Shown here: piece after piece, positions 14,424-28,830 of the stretch
Position numbering within the stretch: the stretch's first letter is position 1
Layout of the letters: the number at the start of each line of letters is the position of its first letter
Assembly (NCBI GenBank): GCA_012295275.1
Contig: CM022670.1
Location: 33,294,001-33,358,000, forward strand
DNA length: 64,000 nucleotides
From: Chrysomallon squamiferum
Taxonomy: Eukaryota > Animalia > Mollusca
Reading direction: 5' to 3'
Made by a program: the position numbers and the translations under genes
Notes under the pieces: model-generated
Seen by the model: the letters and a program-made list of their open reading frames with translations, nothing else
What the model was told of the DNA's origin: nothing
Databases searched by the model: none

Positions 14424-17160
14424 GAGTGAGTCAGGAATATATACAATTACTAGTTTCACTATGGATATGTTTTATAGATTTATTTTAGCATAAAGTGTAG
14501 TTTAACTACACCAAAGTAGTTGAAAGCTGTTTTTGGATTATGAAAACCCCACAATTCTTCACTTATAGGTAATCAGTAATTGTAAGAAAAATCTGGTCTT
14601 AACTTTTTGGGCTTCTGTGTCCACTGCAATTTGATGTGTCCCTAGGAAACAGTGGATATTAATTCTTACACTGAGTGTTTTCTTGTGTTCATGATGAGAT
14701 TAGTTGTATGTCCAGCTTGATTCATGCATCCATCCATAAGCATAGACAACAGCCTTGACTGGTGTATTATACCTTGATGGAATAAAATCCTGTCTGGAGG
14801 GACTTGTATGGTTCCAATTGTCTTGCCTATAGAAGTAATGAAGTGCCAATGTTACAAATCATTACAAAGCTCAGAAAATACTTTAGCTCCACTTATTGTC
14901 TGCTCCACTAACAGTTAGAAGCCTTGATAGGACTTTGGTAACCTTATTATAAGAGTGCTAGTGTATGACTTCATCTTGAAGGAAATCCTATTTCCTTACT
15001 GCAAATTGTTTGATTGGAGTCTTGTGTAAGGTTAGTGCTATATGAATCAGTCTGTACCTGGAAGCTTTGTTTATTGCTTGTCCTGAGCCAGATGATGGAG
15101 TGAATTAGAGCAAATCTTTATTTTCTTTTTGTTTTTTTATTTGCACGGAGCTTTTAATAGACTCTCAGTTTAAGTAATAAATTTGAGGTGAGTAATTTCT
15201 ACCTGAAGACATGGCTGACGTAAATTTAGGTAATAGTTAATAATTTACTATGTACTTGATGGCATGGGAACTAGCTTAGTTATTACTTTTTCAATCACAG
15301 CTTTGTTATATCTTAGTCCTTTGTATATCTTTCAGGGGAAAAACATTGTTAATAATCCATTCCTTATATTAAAAAATTAAATAATTCATGACAGTATCAA
15401 ACAAGCTCATGTAAATTTAGCTGATTAAAACCACCAAATTTTTGGCAAATAAATTATGAGGACCCTCATTGATTATGCATTATTATGGATGCTTTATTAA
15501 ATTAAAGCAGAATTTTAAAAATTTCATTTATTTGATATACAACTTAATGATATTAGGTAAAATGTAAAGAAGGTTAAAATTTTACAGTAAATACTGTTCT
15601 ATTTTGATAGAAAAGATGGGATTTTCATTATTATTGGAAACTGGTTGTATTTGAAAACAAATTATATTAGAATTTATCTGACAGTTCTGCATGTTCACTG
15701 CTGCATTTGATTTGATATATGTATCAATATTTTCTTACTGCATTTGAACATGAAGTTACTGTCAAAATAATAATCCATAATCAGCTTTACTAAAGAAAAA
15801 AATAACAGCATAATCAATAAATCAAAACATGATCATACAATTCAAAGCTTTTCTAGCATTATGAATATTCTTATTGATTTTTTAAATTTCTGTACAACAG
15901 TTTGTAAGAATGGTTAAACTATGCATACTGACATTGTAGAAGCCACAGTTTTTTGAAAATTTAATGACTAACTGAAAATTTGAACATGACACCAAATCTC
16001 CCACCTCTGGTGTAACCTGGGTTCTGAGTGGCTGGTGGTTCTGTTTTGCCTGTGGGTGGATGTCAGCAACTACCATTACATGGTGCAGCCATGTTGCAGC
16101 AACCACAATGCAGCATGTATATTATTGATATTGGATCTGATTGGCATTCTCAGCTTGTTGTTGTTTCCAGAACCCATGGTTCTTGGCAGCAAGACCAGTC
16201 ATAATCTGACTGATACATTCAGTGACAAGTAGGACATTATTTTCATTTGATTACTTTTTTATAGCTCTAAAATTGATTACTTGTCATTTTATGTGCAGCT
16301 GGAATTCTCTAATTGAATTCTACAATTGGCAATTGTTTGATGAGTTCAAGTTGTGCAAAAGAATTTTTAAACCTTGAAGTCAACTCCAAATCAATGTGTT
16401 TTTTGTTTTTATTTGTTTTTGTAAGTTTTACCTGTGTGAACCATGTAATGACATTAACCAACATGATCCAGGTAGAATGGATGTCTATGCCTTTCTGTAG
16501 TTTTTACCATTTGCTTCTGACTGTAAGTAGTTTTATTCTTATTTTATAACACATTGTTTATTGTACTGCCAAACATTCATTTACTGATACTGAGCTGGAT
16601 CAAAATAACTGTCAATCATTATGCAGATGAAATACTTTAATCTAAAGTGAGGTTAATAAGAAACAAACAATATATTGCTCAGTAAAGGTAACTAATATTT
16701 GTGTTTGTTTTGAAATGACTTTTAATGTCAGATGCAACTAATTAAATTCATGTAAACAGAAACAAACAATTCCAACAGTTACATTTTTATTTTTTATGTG
16801 GATAGAACTGTGCAGGTTGATGGAAAGTTGTGCATAGGATTTCCCTTCTTCTGACAGTAAAAAGAAATATGATCAGTTTTCAAAGAAGATGTTAATTTAG
16901 GAAAACAGCTAAGCAAACCTATTGGTACAGAATTTCATAATAAGGCTAATCAGAAATCTTATGGGTATTATATGCAGGCATATCTAAATATCAAAAATAA
17001 TACGTGGATTTTTTTCCCTTTTGTCTGCTTGAAAAAGTAATGATTAATGAGGAATTTTCAGGTTTGTCACTAATATAAACAAACAGACAGTAAGTAATAA
17101 TAATTAGCCCTTATCACTTTGAATATTTCATCATTAATTTTCTCTAATGTTATCACAGTA

Positions 17161-17445
17161 TATTTTAATATTTACAGTTATTGGGTGCCAGCTATATGAT
17201 ACTTGTGTAATGATGATATGAAAGAGGAAACCAGCTGCTGCCATCCCATGGGCTATTCTTATTGATTAACATCAATGATCGTTTATAAGCACCTCTTCAT
17301 AGCCTGTAAAATGCATAACTTGGCCTTTGATAAATTTTAATTTTTTTTCGCTGCATTAGCTATAATGGGACAGAGAAATGAATGCATCTAGGAAGATTGA
17401 TTTTGTGATCCCTCACACCCAAGACATTCCACAGAAGTAAATCAA
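17161..17445 (-). mobile_element. Degenerate SINE-like repeat remnant
   Basis: gagaggaaacc-gctgc...catgggcta-tctt...gatta...ggcctttgata pattern resembles an abundant gastropod tRNA-derived SINE (recalled, not searched); gcctttgataaa is the reverse complement of tttatcaaaggc near 52800. Confidence 0.5.
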
Positions 17446-18639
17446 CTGAAAACAGAGCTGAATTTCTCGTACTCAAGAACTACATGTGTTTAGCTAATTA
17501 ATGATTTTTCTGGAGGGAATAATATACATGTACATACACAAAAGGTATAATTAAAAGGGTGTGGTGTATGCATGGCGATTTTGCATTTAATGAACTACAC
17601 ACCTGACACCTGTAGCTAATTAAATATTTTTGAAAAATCTAATTAGTATCCAGTAATATCCAAGAGTGAATTCAATAATGTTTGATAATTATTGGAGCTA
17701 ATATTATGGTTTACAGTTTCAATTATTTTCTTGGTTGCCATTCCATGAGCATGTTATGTTTGAAACTATTCGGATGGTATGTAATTACTTATTCATATTT
17801 CAGACTACATATCCAGTTACTGGCATTTTCATGATGAATTGTTTGGCACACGATATAATTACATGTGAAACTATATGTTTTGTTTTGCCATATGTTTGTT
17901 TCTTAATTATATGTTGTTTTGTTGGGGTATTTTGCAGTTTTTAAAAAAAAATGTTTTTCTGAATATTTTGTAACCATTTCTGCATGGAAAATTTTCAGAC
18001 AGGCTAATTAACTTGCTTTGTTTAAGTCATTCCAGTTTTCTCTAAATGGTCTGCTTTATTTTATTATAAACAACAGGACAGATATTTATTAAATTTTAAA
18101 ATCTAGACTTTCTGCATTCTTAGCAACACCATTGATTTTTTTTTTTTTTTTTTTAATAATAGTTTTATTTTGTCTCTCAATTCCTGATATTAGTTTTATA
18201 AACCAGAATCAAACCCCCAAACCCCAGAGTAATGCACTTTATGTAACATAAAGCTGCCCACTTCTACTAACTGAGTTACTTGCCTGCATTTTTTATGGAT
18301 CACTGCTTCTTGATTTTATTCTATTTTGATGTGTTAATGATGTTGAGTTATTAATAAATAAATCCGTGCTGCTATTATCAACATGAACTGCAATACTTAA
18401 TAGCTCCAGGCAGCTCTACATTGGTGACTTCATGGCTTTCAGATTCTTCATATTTCCATAGGTCGCTTTCTAAGCCGTTGTCATTATGTTGTTTTTCTAA
18501 CAACAAAATAACACATCTCTGAAATGTTCATGATCGGTTTTCTTTTGTCATCGCCAACTAAGAAGATAAACACACCACCTCTGAAAATTTGTATAGTGAA
18601 ATTTTATTTGTTAACCACAGAAATTGTTTATTAATATAA

Positions 18640-19040
18640 TGTTGTATCTGTTTTTTCTTCTTCAAATTCATTTCACTGATTTAGTGATTTCAGTTAAAGC
18701 AAAAACATGATGGTATGGGTCTGTTTTGTTTCAATATACTTTGTACATTTAACTGAGTACCTGAAACTTATTGGTCAGTTGTAAGCATTGAATTTTAATA
18801 TAATGGAAGATATATTTATTTTCAAATTTTTGTCTTTCATACTTATTTAGGATTTTCCATTAAAGCTTAACAGTAGTGATACATTTTGTTTCAGTATACA
18901 TTAAATATCTGATTAAGCACCTTAAACTTATTTATTAACTGAAAATGTTGTATATTAATAGGATGTAATTTTATTTTTCAAATTCATTTCTTTTATACTA
19001 ATTTATATTTTTCTGTTAAAGCTTAAAAGCAGTGATATAT
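18640..19040 (+). repeat. Degenerate tandem duplication (about 160-bp unit)
   Basis: Repeated ttttcaaatt...atact-attta...ttaaagcttaa...agtgata and ttttgtttca-tatac...aaacttatt blocks. Confidence 0.65.
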
Positions 19041-20589
19041 CCCAACTTTGTTTGGCTTTTATTTAATTGAGAACTGAAATTTAAATTGATTTGATTCAGT
19101 TAATCAATGCTCAAAAACTACTTCCTCTATTCTACTTGATCTTTTATCTACATGTGAAGCAGATCAAATTTCTAAATCATAAACATGTATCTCATTAGCA
19201 AAATTCTCCAAAGAAAGCTATTGATTTTGGTGTATTAGGTGTCATTTCCTGGAACTTGTTTTTGCCTAAAGACACTTAAGGCATTTCTGTGTTTGGTAGC
19301 TTGTGCACTTTTTCTCTAGCCTTTGGTTTCTTTTTTGTACCATTTCCCAGTGTAATGAGGCAATATTACATGTAAGATTATCAGCCTTGATCAATGATTT
19401 CCCATTATTTCTAAACCAGTGTATGAGATTGTATTGAACATTTTTGAAAAAAACAAAAAAAACGGTTGTGTCTTGCAGTTCTGCTGGATTTTTTTTTTTT
19501 TTTTTTTATATCTAATTGGATTTTACTGATTCATCTTTTGACTTCAGCACATTAATGTTTATGGTAAGTTCAACTTATAAAATTTGTATCATTATTTCTT
19601 GAATTGTCTCTTGACTGGTAAACAACAATTTTGTACCAAAGATATTTATTAAGGTTTTTAAATTATTTTTCTGTCAGTAAAAATAATTTTCCTTTTTATA
19701 TAATAATAAAAGAAAGAAGCATTTCTTTCCCCTTAAAAATTAACCTTCTTGAATTGTATAACTGCTCAAAAAATAAATAAAAACAGCAGTACATCCATAT
19801 TCAGTTCTTTTGAAATGCCTTAGTGATCCAAACAAAAAATATATATCAATATTTATTTCAAACAGGACTAGACATTTTAAAAGAATAAATATGACTTTCC
19901 TGTTTACAATTTAAGCACCTTTTTCTTTCAATTAGAAATACCATGCATAATTCAACATTTTCATTTTATTGGTTTGTTTCAGCATTCTTGTATTTGAGAT
20001 GGTCACACTTGTAATAATTTCTTTTACACAGCATGGTAATTTGTTTTGCTCACAGAATTTTTCAGTAGGGAATTACAACAGCAAAATGCGTTGATTGTGG
20101 ACATTAAGTTCGTCCCATGTTCACACATCCTGATAGAATTTGCCAGCTAGTGAAACCTTTTCATCCATCTTGTAGGTTCTGCACAAACAAATCATGTGAA
20201 ATAATCTTTCAGATGTGCTGAGATGTTTTACACAAATTGCACAAGATGACAAAAGACATCCAGCTAATAGAATATGAATGTTTGTTTAGAATTTTTCGCT
20301 CAAACACTTAATTGAGATGATGGGGTAATGGAACCTCTTCCCAAATTTAATTTGACTTGTTGACAACTTTCATTTTATTCTCAATCAATAGATGTCTTTA
20401 AAGGAATCAATGTGATTGTGTCTTTCTTCTATCGAAATAAAAACATTATGGAAATACTTTACAGCTGATAAGTAGATTCTGACATACAGAAAATATCTTG
20501 TTGTTGTTAAAATAATTAATTTAAAGTTATTAGCCACGAACATGTCATGTTTGTAATGTCAAGATTGAATATAAAAAAGATGAAAAAGG

Positions 20590-20910
20590 GTTTACTTAGT
20601 TCAACAACTCTGCTGGAGTACATAAATAATAATTGTTATTAGCTATTGGATATCAAATATTTGGTCTTTCTGGCATGTTTGTCCATGGACACCTACTTTC
20701 TTTTGTATTTATAAAGCATTTTTAATATGGATTTTACTATAAGGAAACAGCAAAAAACCAACAACAAACAAACAAACAAAAAGAAACCCAACCCCCCCAT
20801 AAATAACAACAAATAACTGATGTTAATATGTTGTGGGGCATTGTCTGGAATAGGAAATAACAGAATGAAAACATTTCACTGAATTATATGGATGCTGCAT
20901 CTACTGAATT
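20590..20910 (-). mobile_element. Degenerate SINE-like repeat remnant
   Basis: agctattggatatcaaatatttggt and gtggggcattgtctggaataggaaataacagaatg resemble the same recalled gastropod SINE family. Confidence 0.4.
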
Positions 20911-22657
20911 GGGCCAGTGAAATATTAAAGAAAATAACAACAACCACAGAATCAAATGGAAACTATAACAATCAAACAAAACATACTGACACACACACAC
21001 ACAGCCAGACACACACATTTATAATTTCTGATAGGATAACTGTCCAGATACACTTAACTTAATAACATTTGAAAACACAGAAAACAAGGGTGCAGAATCA
21101 GAATTTTATTTTATTTTAATCTTTTTTTTATTATAATCTTTTTTTTATTAAAATCTTTTTACACTAGATATCTTTTACATTGAACATTCAAATGCAGTGA
21201 ATCTTGTAAAATAATGTATTTAAGAAAAAGATAATAATAACAACAACAACAACAACAGCAACAACAATAATAATAATTGTATTATAAAGAAAATTGTTTT
21301 CCATGAAAGTATCCAACATATATCTATTTATTTATTTCCAACATTTAAGTTTTAATGAAAATAATATAAATTTAAACTATTGTAATAAATTCTATCTAGC
21401 TCAGTTATATATATTTTTTTTTTTTCATGTTTACTAAAAACCTGTCATTGAACATTTGCTTTAATGGGAAATAGCCTCATGGACAAATTGAAGACTGTTG
21501 GTTCTGTAACCTGTCACACATTAGGTGAAAACTGGCCACTAAGCTGCAGCCTGTTAAAATATTTCTTTAGCATCTCTTTTTCTGTATTCTTCAACACTAC
21601 AATAAATATATTTTGTTCTTCTGTATTATTATACATGTCAGCATAATTCCATTATGCACCATCATTCATCTCCTTATCTGTTATATTAGGAATTTTGCTT
21701 ATATTATGAAGATAACAGGAACATTTGCAGACCTAAAAAAAAATCTTATTGGTGTCTGCATTCATTCCAAAACAATTTTTGTGAGGAACAAAACACTAAT
21801 TCAGGTTAGACAGTGTCACATTGTGGTACTTTTGACATGCATATCATAATCTATTTTTACCTTCTTATTTTATTATACATTTTTTATTATTATCTATTAT
21901 TATTATTATAATTCTTTTTTTATTTTTTTTATTATCTCAGACATGTGGGGAAAAAAAAATATGTACCTGTCTGATAAAATCACATTGGAAAGATTGTATT
22001 TTGCCATTTCTGTTTTCTTTAGCAAAATTAAATCTTGTTATTGTTGTTCTAGTGGGAATAGCAGCTGCTGCTGAAATCTTTATATGAATTTTTATGTTTG
22101 CTTGTCATGAAAGATTTCGAATGATGCATATAAAATTCTTTATTGGTTGTTAGTTGAAGAGGACATTTCTTTTTCTTTGACATTGCATTTGTGTTTTGCA
22201 GGTAATTTCAGAGTGGTTAAGAGTGAGTGATTATGTTGTTAGACAAATATATATGGGCATTAATGTAACGAAAGTGTATCTGTCTGAAGATGAGAAAAGA
22301 AAAACAACAACAACATCCATCATCATCATCATCATCACCCTATATCTGTAGCCTCCTATAGCTTATTCTTACATATCTTCATCAAGCATAGATATTACCC
22401 TGCCAAAAGGAAATCTAAAACCAAAACCGATTCTTTTTATCTCTTAATAAAGAATCATGTGGTCTGTTAGATTATCTGCTTGATTCATTATACTCCTTTG
22501 ACAGCTTTTAGCTATTGCACATGCATTTATATTGGGAAGATACTCTTTGCCATAAGAAAATAGAAAAATATCTTGTTCATTTCCTTTTATTAAAAACAAA
22601 ATCTTTTACAAATTATAAAATTTATAATAATAAATAAAAATATATTATTCTTTTTAG

Positions 22658-22919
22658 AGATGGACGATTGAGAGAAGGTGATCAAATTTTGGCCATTGAT
22701 GGCCAGCCCTTAGACATTTCCCACCAGGAAGCCATTCGCATTCTTCAGAGTTCTCAGGGACTTGTGGAAATTGTCATTGCTCGGGGCCAGCTTCCTTTTG
22801 ACTCTGACACTGGACCTGACGTTGATGCTGAGCCTGTTGACGAGCAGGTTGTGGAAAAAAGTGAAGAGCACACTGAAGATCTAGTTCCTCAAAGTGGAAT
22901 TGAGACATCAGACATGGTG
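22658..22919 (+). CDS. MPDZ: MPDZ/PATJ-like multiple PDZ protein, internal exon: C-terminal half of PDZ1 plus acidic linker
   Basis: Acceptor ttctttttag|A (phase 2); reads (R)[43 protein letters not shown]...ETSDMV; donor GTG|gtaagt (phase 0). Resembles the MPDZ PDZ1 motif RDGRLKETDQILAING as recalled. Confidence 0.95.
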
Positions 22920-25900
22920 GTAAGTCTTAGTGAATGACTTCATGATAAAACAGTGTAAAATAACAGGTTGGAACAAAAATTCATAATGTTTTGTAAAGTG
23001 GAACTGAGCCATTGTACATAAGTTTCGGTGATAAAACTGTGAAATTCAGTGACAATATTTAGATTTTCATACCTAGATTTATTCACCCTCCTGTGTACTA
23101 TTTTGTTCACCCTTCATGCCACCTACTGAAAAACATTATGAACTTTTGTTCCTTCCCATTAGTTACATTTACCAAGTACAGTGAATGGTAGAACTGTATT
23201 AACAACTACAGCCAAATTTTTTATTGGTTTTAATCTTTTGAAAATCATTTGATATCAAACATACACTGGACTGGCAACATTTTAGCAACAATTTTAATCT
23301 TATGAAAGTGATGTCGTATCAAACATACAATTTTACTTGTTTTAATTTTGTTAGCAAGTTTTATTCTTAAGAAAGTCATGTCATATTGTTAAACTGGTAA
23401 CTGAATTCTCTGTTAGTATAATTCCTCTGTTTTATGGTGAACATGTATTTAAATTATACAATTGCTTGAATTATGAAAGTTATAAAGCTTTATTTTATTT
23501 ATTACTATAGTGGGTTTTTATTATTTTTTTTTATTTTTTTATTTTTTTTAACTGACTGTCAGTAACAGATTCAAACTGCAATAGCTTTAGAATTTATTTT
23601 TCTCTGGTATTGAATTATGTGCTTTATTGTTTTGTAATAGTCATTAATATTTATATTTAGTATTAAGTATCTATTTCTTTAGCTTATTAGGATAATTTAA
23701 ATCCAAATAATGAAACAGAATAAATATTGAATTATTTATGATGATCAGATAAATTCAACACTAGAATCTTACTTGAGTCATTTTGTAATATATAATTACC
23801 AAGATCAATATACACAAAGTTATTTTTATATTATTCAGTCCTTTCAAAGAAGATTAATCAACTGTGCATAAAGACATCGTAATGGATTGATGTTTCTTAT
23901 TTTGTTTTTTTTAAATTTCTCTATAATTTTCTTAAAACTGTTTGCAATGTAAATATTTTGGCAGACTTAGGAATTTAGACTGAATAACATGCCCTTTTTG
24001 TGTCACAGAAAGAAATTTTAGAAAGGGAAACAACTCTGAGGATCTCTAGATCTGGACTAAAATGAGCAGTTCGCTGGTTTTCCAAAATCAATAACCGGAA
24101 CCAAGCCTATTACTGAAATTATCCTGTTTTGGCATACTGAACAGGTTGACCCAAATAAAACTAAGATCGGAAATCATTTTTACTCTTATTATTTTGTTAC
24201 TGAAACATCATAGACATGTTTAATATAGTGCATAATGACTTTCTCTAAATGTAAATTTTCTTATATCTGCATGTACGTGTACGTTTACAACGACACACTC
24301 ATATACACACATACACATGCAAACCTTTTAAGACATTAACACATTGAAGCAGCCAAATGTCCTTTTCTTCTGCTTTTTTTAAATGTTATATTATGAAATT
24401 ATTATTGATGAAATTAGGTGAATTGTTGCATTTGTGAAAATGTACTATATAATACCCCAAAAGTTAATAATAATAAAAGAACACAGATTTAAAAAACACC
24501 AGAAACAATATGGATAAATGCACTTAACAAACTACAAACTCATACTTGCATACTTGATAAAAATCATTCATACCCTGTACAAACACATACATACATACAT
24601 GCATACCCAAACAAAATACAATTTTCTTTCAAGCAAATCTTAAATGTCAGAATACTTTTCTTAAACATTGTTTTCTTTATATAGTGCTTGTTTCTCTTTT
24701 ACAAAATTCTTTCTGCAAAGTACTTCTTGTAAAAATAACTTTTCTGGGGTTATTTTGGTGAAGGAAAATTTTCTATAACATAACAAATGTTCAGATAAAA
24801 ATAAAAGAACAGTAAAACATAAACTTGAAACAGTGATGTAGTTTGAGTTGGGAAGATTTGTTCTGTTGTATACTTCAGTGTTAATTTCTTTTCAAATACT
24901 CACACAACATATACAAACATACACACAAACTGAAATGACCACAGTAAATAATTTTTTCATAGCTTATGATTCATATCAGTTAATAAATTAGTTGATGAAT
25001 AATTTAGGTTGATTTTCGTAATTGTTTTTTGTTCATGTAAAATATGTTGATGAAGTGGTAGTTAAATTAAATATATTTTTTTTTTGTGAAAATGTTTGAT
25101 ATAAAATTATTGCTCATGTAGTGAAGATTATTTTAAATAAATAAATAAGTAAATAAAAAAAATAAAAACATTTTTTTTTTTAGATAGCAATATTTCTTTG
25201 CATTGTCTAAAGAAAACCCATATAATTTGATAAAAACAAATAAATTGATTAAACAAAGCTCAACACATATATATATATATATATAAATTTTTCAAAATTT
25301 AATAATTTGATAATATTATAAAAAAAGAAAAAAATTAATAATAATAAAAAAAAAAAAAACTAAATAAAATAAAAAAAATTAAAGCAAACGATCATAAAAT
25401 AAAATTATTGAAGTATCTTATTTTCATTTCTTATTTTCATTATTTTTCTCTTTCACCTTCCATTTTTTCTTATTCTTGATATAAAATGATGAAAAGTAGA
25501 AAACAACAAGCACTGGTATACTGTAGGAATTAACTGGAACTGGGCTGCCAAAGGCCTAGAATGTAATTGCAGAATATGACAAGATATTGCAGTATCACAT
25601 TGCATGTAATCACTGTATAGGATCACTGCAGCACTTGGCCTACAGTTTCTTTTTCAATCTGCTGTAGGCATTGATCAGATTGTTACTGTTTCCAAGTGAT
25701 GGATCACACACATAATTTGTAGATCTAGTCGTACATGTGGCGTGAATACAAACAACAGTATGATTTTTCTTTTGTCTCTGGAGAGAGAAATCATAAAATA
25801 TTGGCATGAAGGTTTCCATGGAAATATTCTTACTTGTTTGCCAGTGTTAAGTTAGGTAATGAATTTGGAAAATTTTGTAGATCTAAATTGTTCGCTTGTT

Positions 25901-27271
25901 TGTGGGTTTTTTGGAGGAAAATTTAAAAAAAAAAAATTAAAAAAATTAATGAGTTCTGTATTAGAAATAACAAATTACAGCTATAATTGAAGTAACAGAC
26001 TTATTATCCTTAAAGAATTATTTTGTACATATTTTCTCTATTAAGAAAAGATTATAAGTGACATTTTCAGAAAACCAGCAAAAAGAAAATTTGAAATTTT
26101 TGGTTAAATTTAGGTTCCATTGAAATAATGGGTTTATTTATTTATTTATTTATTTTTACCACAGGAAATGTTATAAATTTGTTGACATTAAGGTTATTTA
26201 AAATAAAAGCAGTAAAAAAATTAAAATAATTAAAAAAATGAGTTTTGCCAATGTTATTATTTGTGACTTTTTCTGATTATGTTTACAGCCTTGAAAACAT
26301 TTTCGTGGTGCTGTTATTCCTTAATAAAATAAATTATTTTCAAAAAATAAAAAATATGTTTAACATTAAGCTCTACAAAAACATGAAAATTTATTATGAA
26401 AATAAATAAAAATGTCGTTGCTTTAATTTTTTGTTACTGAATAAAGCCATTAAATTTTTAGGCAGTTTACTTGCATTTAAATTATTAACTGAAAATCTAT
26501 AGAGCGTTGTTGACAAATGAAGGTAATTAAATTTAACGTGGAACATGTAATGGCATTTTGATTACTTATTTTCTTAACACTAAATAATATTCACAAAATT
26601 GAGAACTGTTCCATCACTTAATGCTTCCAAAAGTTCTTGAATAGGAAACATGGAATCTTTATTTTTTACTGGTATTGTGTAGATTGAAGGGCTGCTTTAA
26701 TAGCCTGATTGTGGTTGTATGGATCTGGGCAGTGCTGGGAACTGTTGTAACCATTTAGAAGAAGCTATCTCTTAATAACAACATGGAAAACACAATTTAA
26801 TGGCATTTTTATTAATCAAAGTTTTCAAGTTGTACAGCAATTTTTAAATTTTTCAGCTTACTATTTTTTTTATTTATGTTTTTTTTAAAACACAATTACT
26901 GATCAGAATTTTCAAATTAGAAAATCTTTGCTCTGGGAATGAATCTCAATAGTGTTGGTGTTTTTTTTTTTTTTTTTTTAAATAGCCAGAAGCTTACCTT
27001 TTTAAGTTTTTTCAACAAAGTATAAAGTGATTCAGCTGAAAAATATATTGGAAGTAAAGTACATGCCTAACTTGCAGGACCAAATCTGAAATAAGATCAA
27101 AAATTGTAAGTTGAAATCATATGCTTATCTGATACTTTGTAACAGATTCAGAAATCAAAATTAGAGCAAATAAATGGAACTTTTGTACACCTTTGTGTGA
27201 CAGTTGTATTATGATAATGTGCTTAATGAATAATTTGTTAAATGGAAAAAAATAAACATGTCTCAGATAAA

Positions 27272-27302
<31 letters not shown>

Positions 27303-28767
27303 TAAAATAAAATTTAAAAATAATAAATAAATAAAATAAAAAATGCTGTGCCATGAGAAATCAAATCCAGTAAAATGAGAATAAAAAATAAATATATAAC
27401 AATATTAAAGAAAATAAAGAGAAAAAAAAGAATATTAAACAAATAAAAAGATGTAAACAAAAAGAAATCTTGATCTAGTTTTGTTTTGTTTTGTTTTTTA
27501 GTTTGTTTTTAAATATATATAAATAAATGTGTTCATATCAATATATATTAAAAAATTAATTTTAATAAGCATTTCAATTTCTGTTGTAAGCTCATGTATG
27601 TTTTTTTTTATATTTGTATTTTGAATTATATTAATATATTTTTTAACTGACATAAAACATAGTTAAAGGAAAACAAGTGACAGCATGTTTATCAATCTGT
27701 TAGTAGCAATTGGCAAATACTTGTCATTTTATGCATCTTGTTGCTTTCATAATATTCCTGTACACAGGCTGGTGAATATTTCCTTTGAGTACTTGCTTGG
27801 TGACAGCAGAATACATGCTATTTCCATTGGCTAATTCAATGGCTAGGAGTGAAGGATAAATGGTCCTAATCAAGTCAATCCCAGAGCAGAGTTCCTGTAT
27901 TGATTTGATCCAGAATGTACGCAAAGATCACAATAGTTGTTACTTCAACCCAGTGATCTTTATCAGCATCTGACTTCACCCACTCAACATTACTTGTACT
28001 TGAAATTCAAGTCAGAGAAAAATAAAGACGTCTGAATTGGAAATGATGATCTCTTTCTGAACATACATCTCTGAATGATTCCATTAAATTACCATAGCTG
28101 ACTATACATAATGAAATCCAAACCTAGCACTGAATGTGTTCTTATTAAGCACTTTTGGGTTGTCTTTTTTTTTTTTTTTTTTGATCTTTGTTAATGATAA
28201 TTATATATGAATTTCAAACTACATTTCTTTATAATACTTGTGTTTAATAATTTCTTGAATGTCCAACTCATAATTAATGTCAGTGCTTCAGAGTACACAT
28301 TATGCCTGCTACGATATTTCTTCCTGCTTTACAAAGAACTATGCTGACTTGGCAGGCAGACTGGTGCATACATTTGTGTGTGTTGTGCCGCAAGTATCTG
28401 TCAATTATAATACAGATCAAAACACTTTTGATGTATTCTGAATTCTGATGGTTTGATTAATGGCATTGTGCAGTTTGGTGAATTGATATCAATGCTCCTG
28501 TCATAGAGCGGCATTTTTACTTAGCACAATGGGTTTCTGACTTCATGCTGTAATTTCTTGCTCTTAAAATTGATTTCTGTTTTCTCCCATTGTGGATATA
28601 TCAGAGGAATTTTCTCTGCTCAGGTTACATGTTAAGTGTGTGTCTAGGATGTTTAGTGAAGTTGGTGTTGGTTTTACATCATAGAGCTTTTCATATTTTT
28701 TATTTTCTGTTGTTTTTCTTTCCTTCTATTTTCCTCTTACATGTTTATCACTTGATTCATCTTCCTG

Positions 28768-28809
<42 letters not shown>

Positions 28810-28830
28810 GTTATTGTTATTATATTATTA
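28768..28830. repeat. (TAT)n microsatellite
   Basis: Seen directly. Confidence 0.9.

Larger units (their letters stand above)
1..22657 (+). other. 3' part of a long intron (>22.6 kb) splitting PDZ1
   Basis: The exon carrying the PDZ1 GLGF half was not found in this interval, so it presumably lies upstream of the window; the sequence is AT-rich and low complexity. Confidence 0.75.

Noticed and set aside
13944-14459. Longest ORFs in the track (171 aa and 115 aa, - strand)
   Set aside because: They are translations of the purine-rich 97-bp tandem repeat; F/L/S-rich with no domain.
15882-16232. GC-richer block with short ORFs on both strands
   Set aside because: No compatible splice sites or protein similarity recognised; it may be regulatory but nothing specific is supportable.
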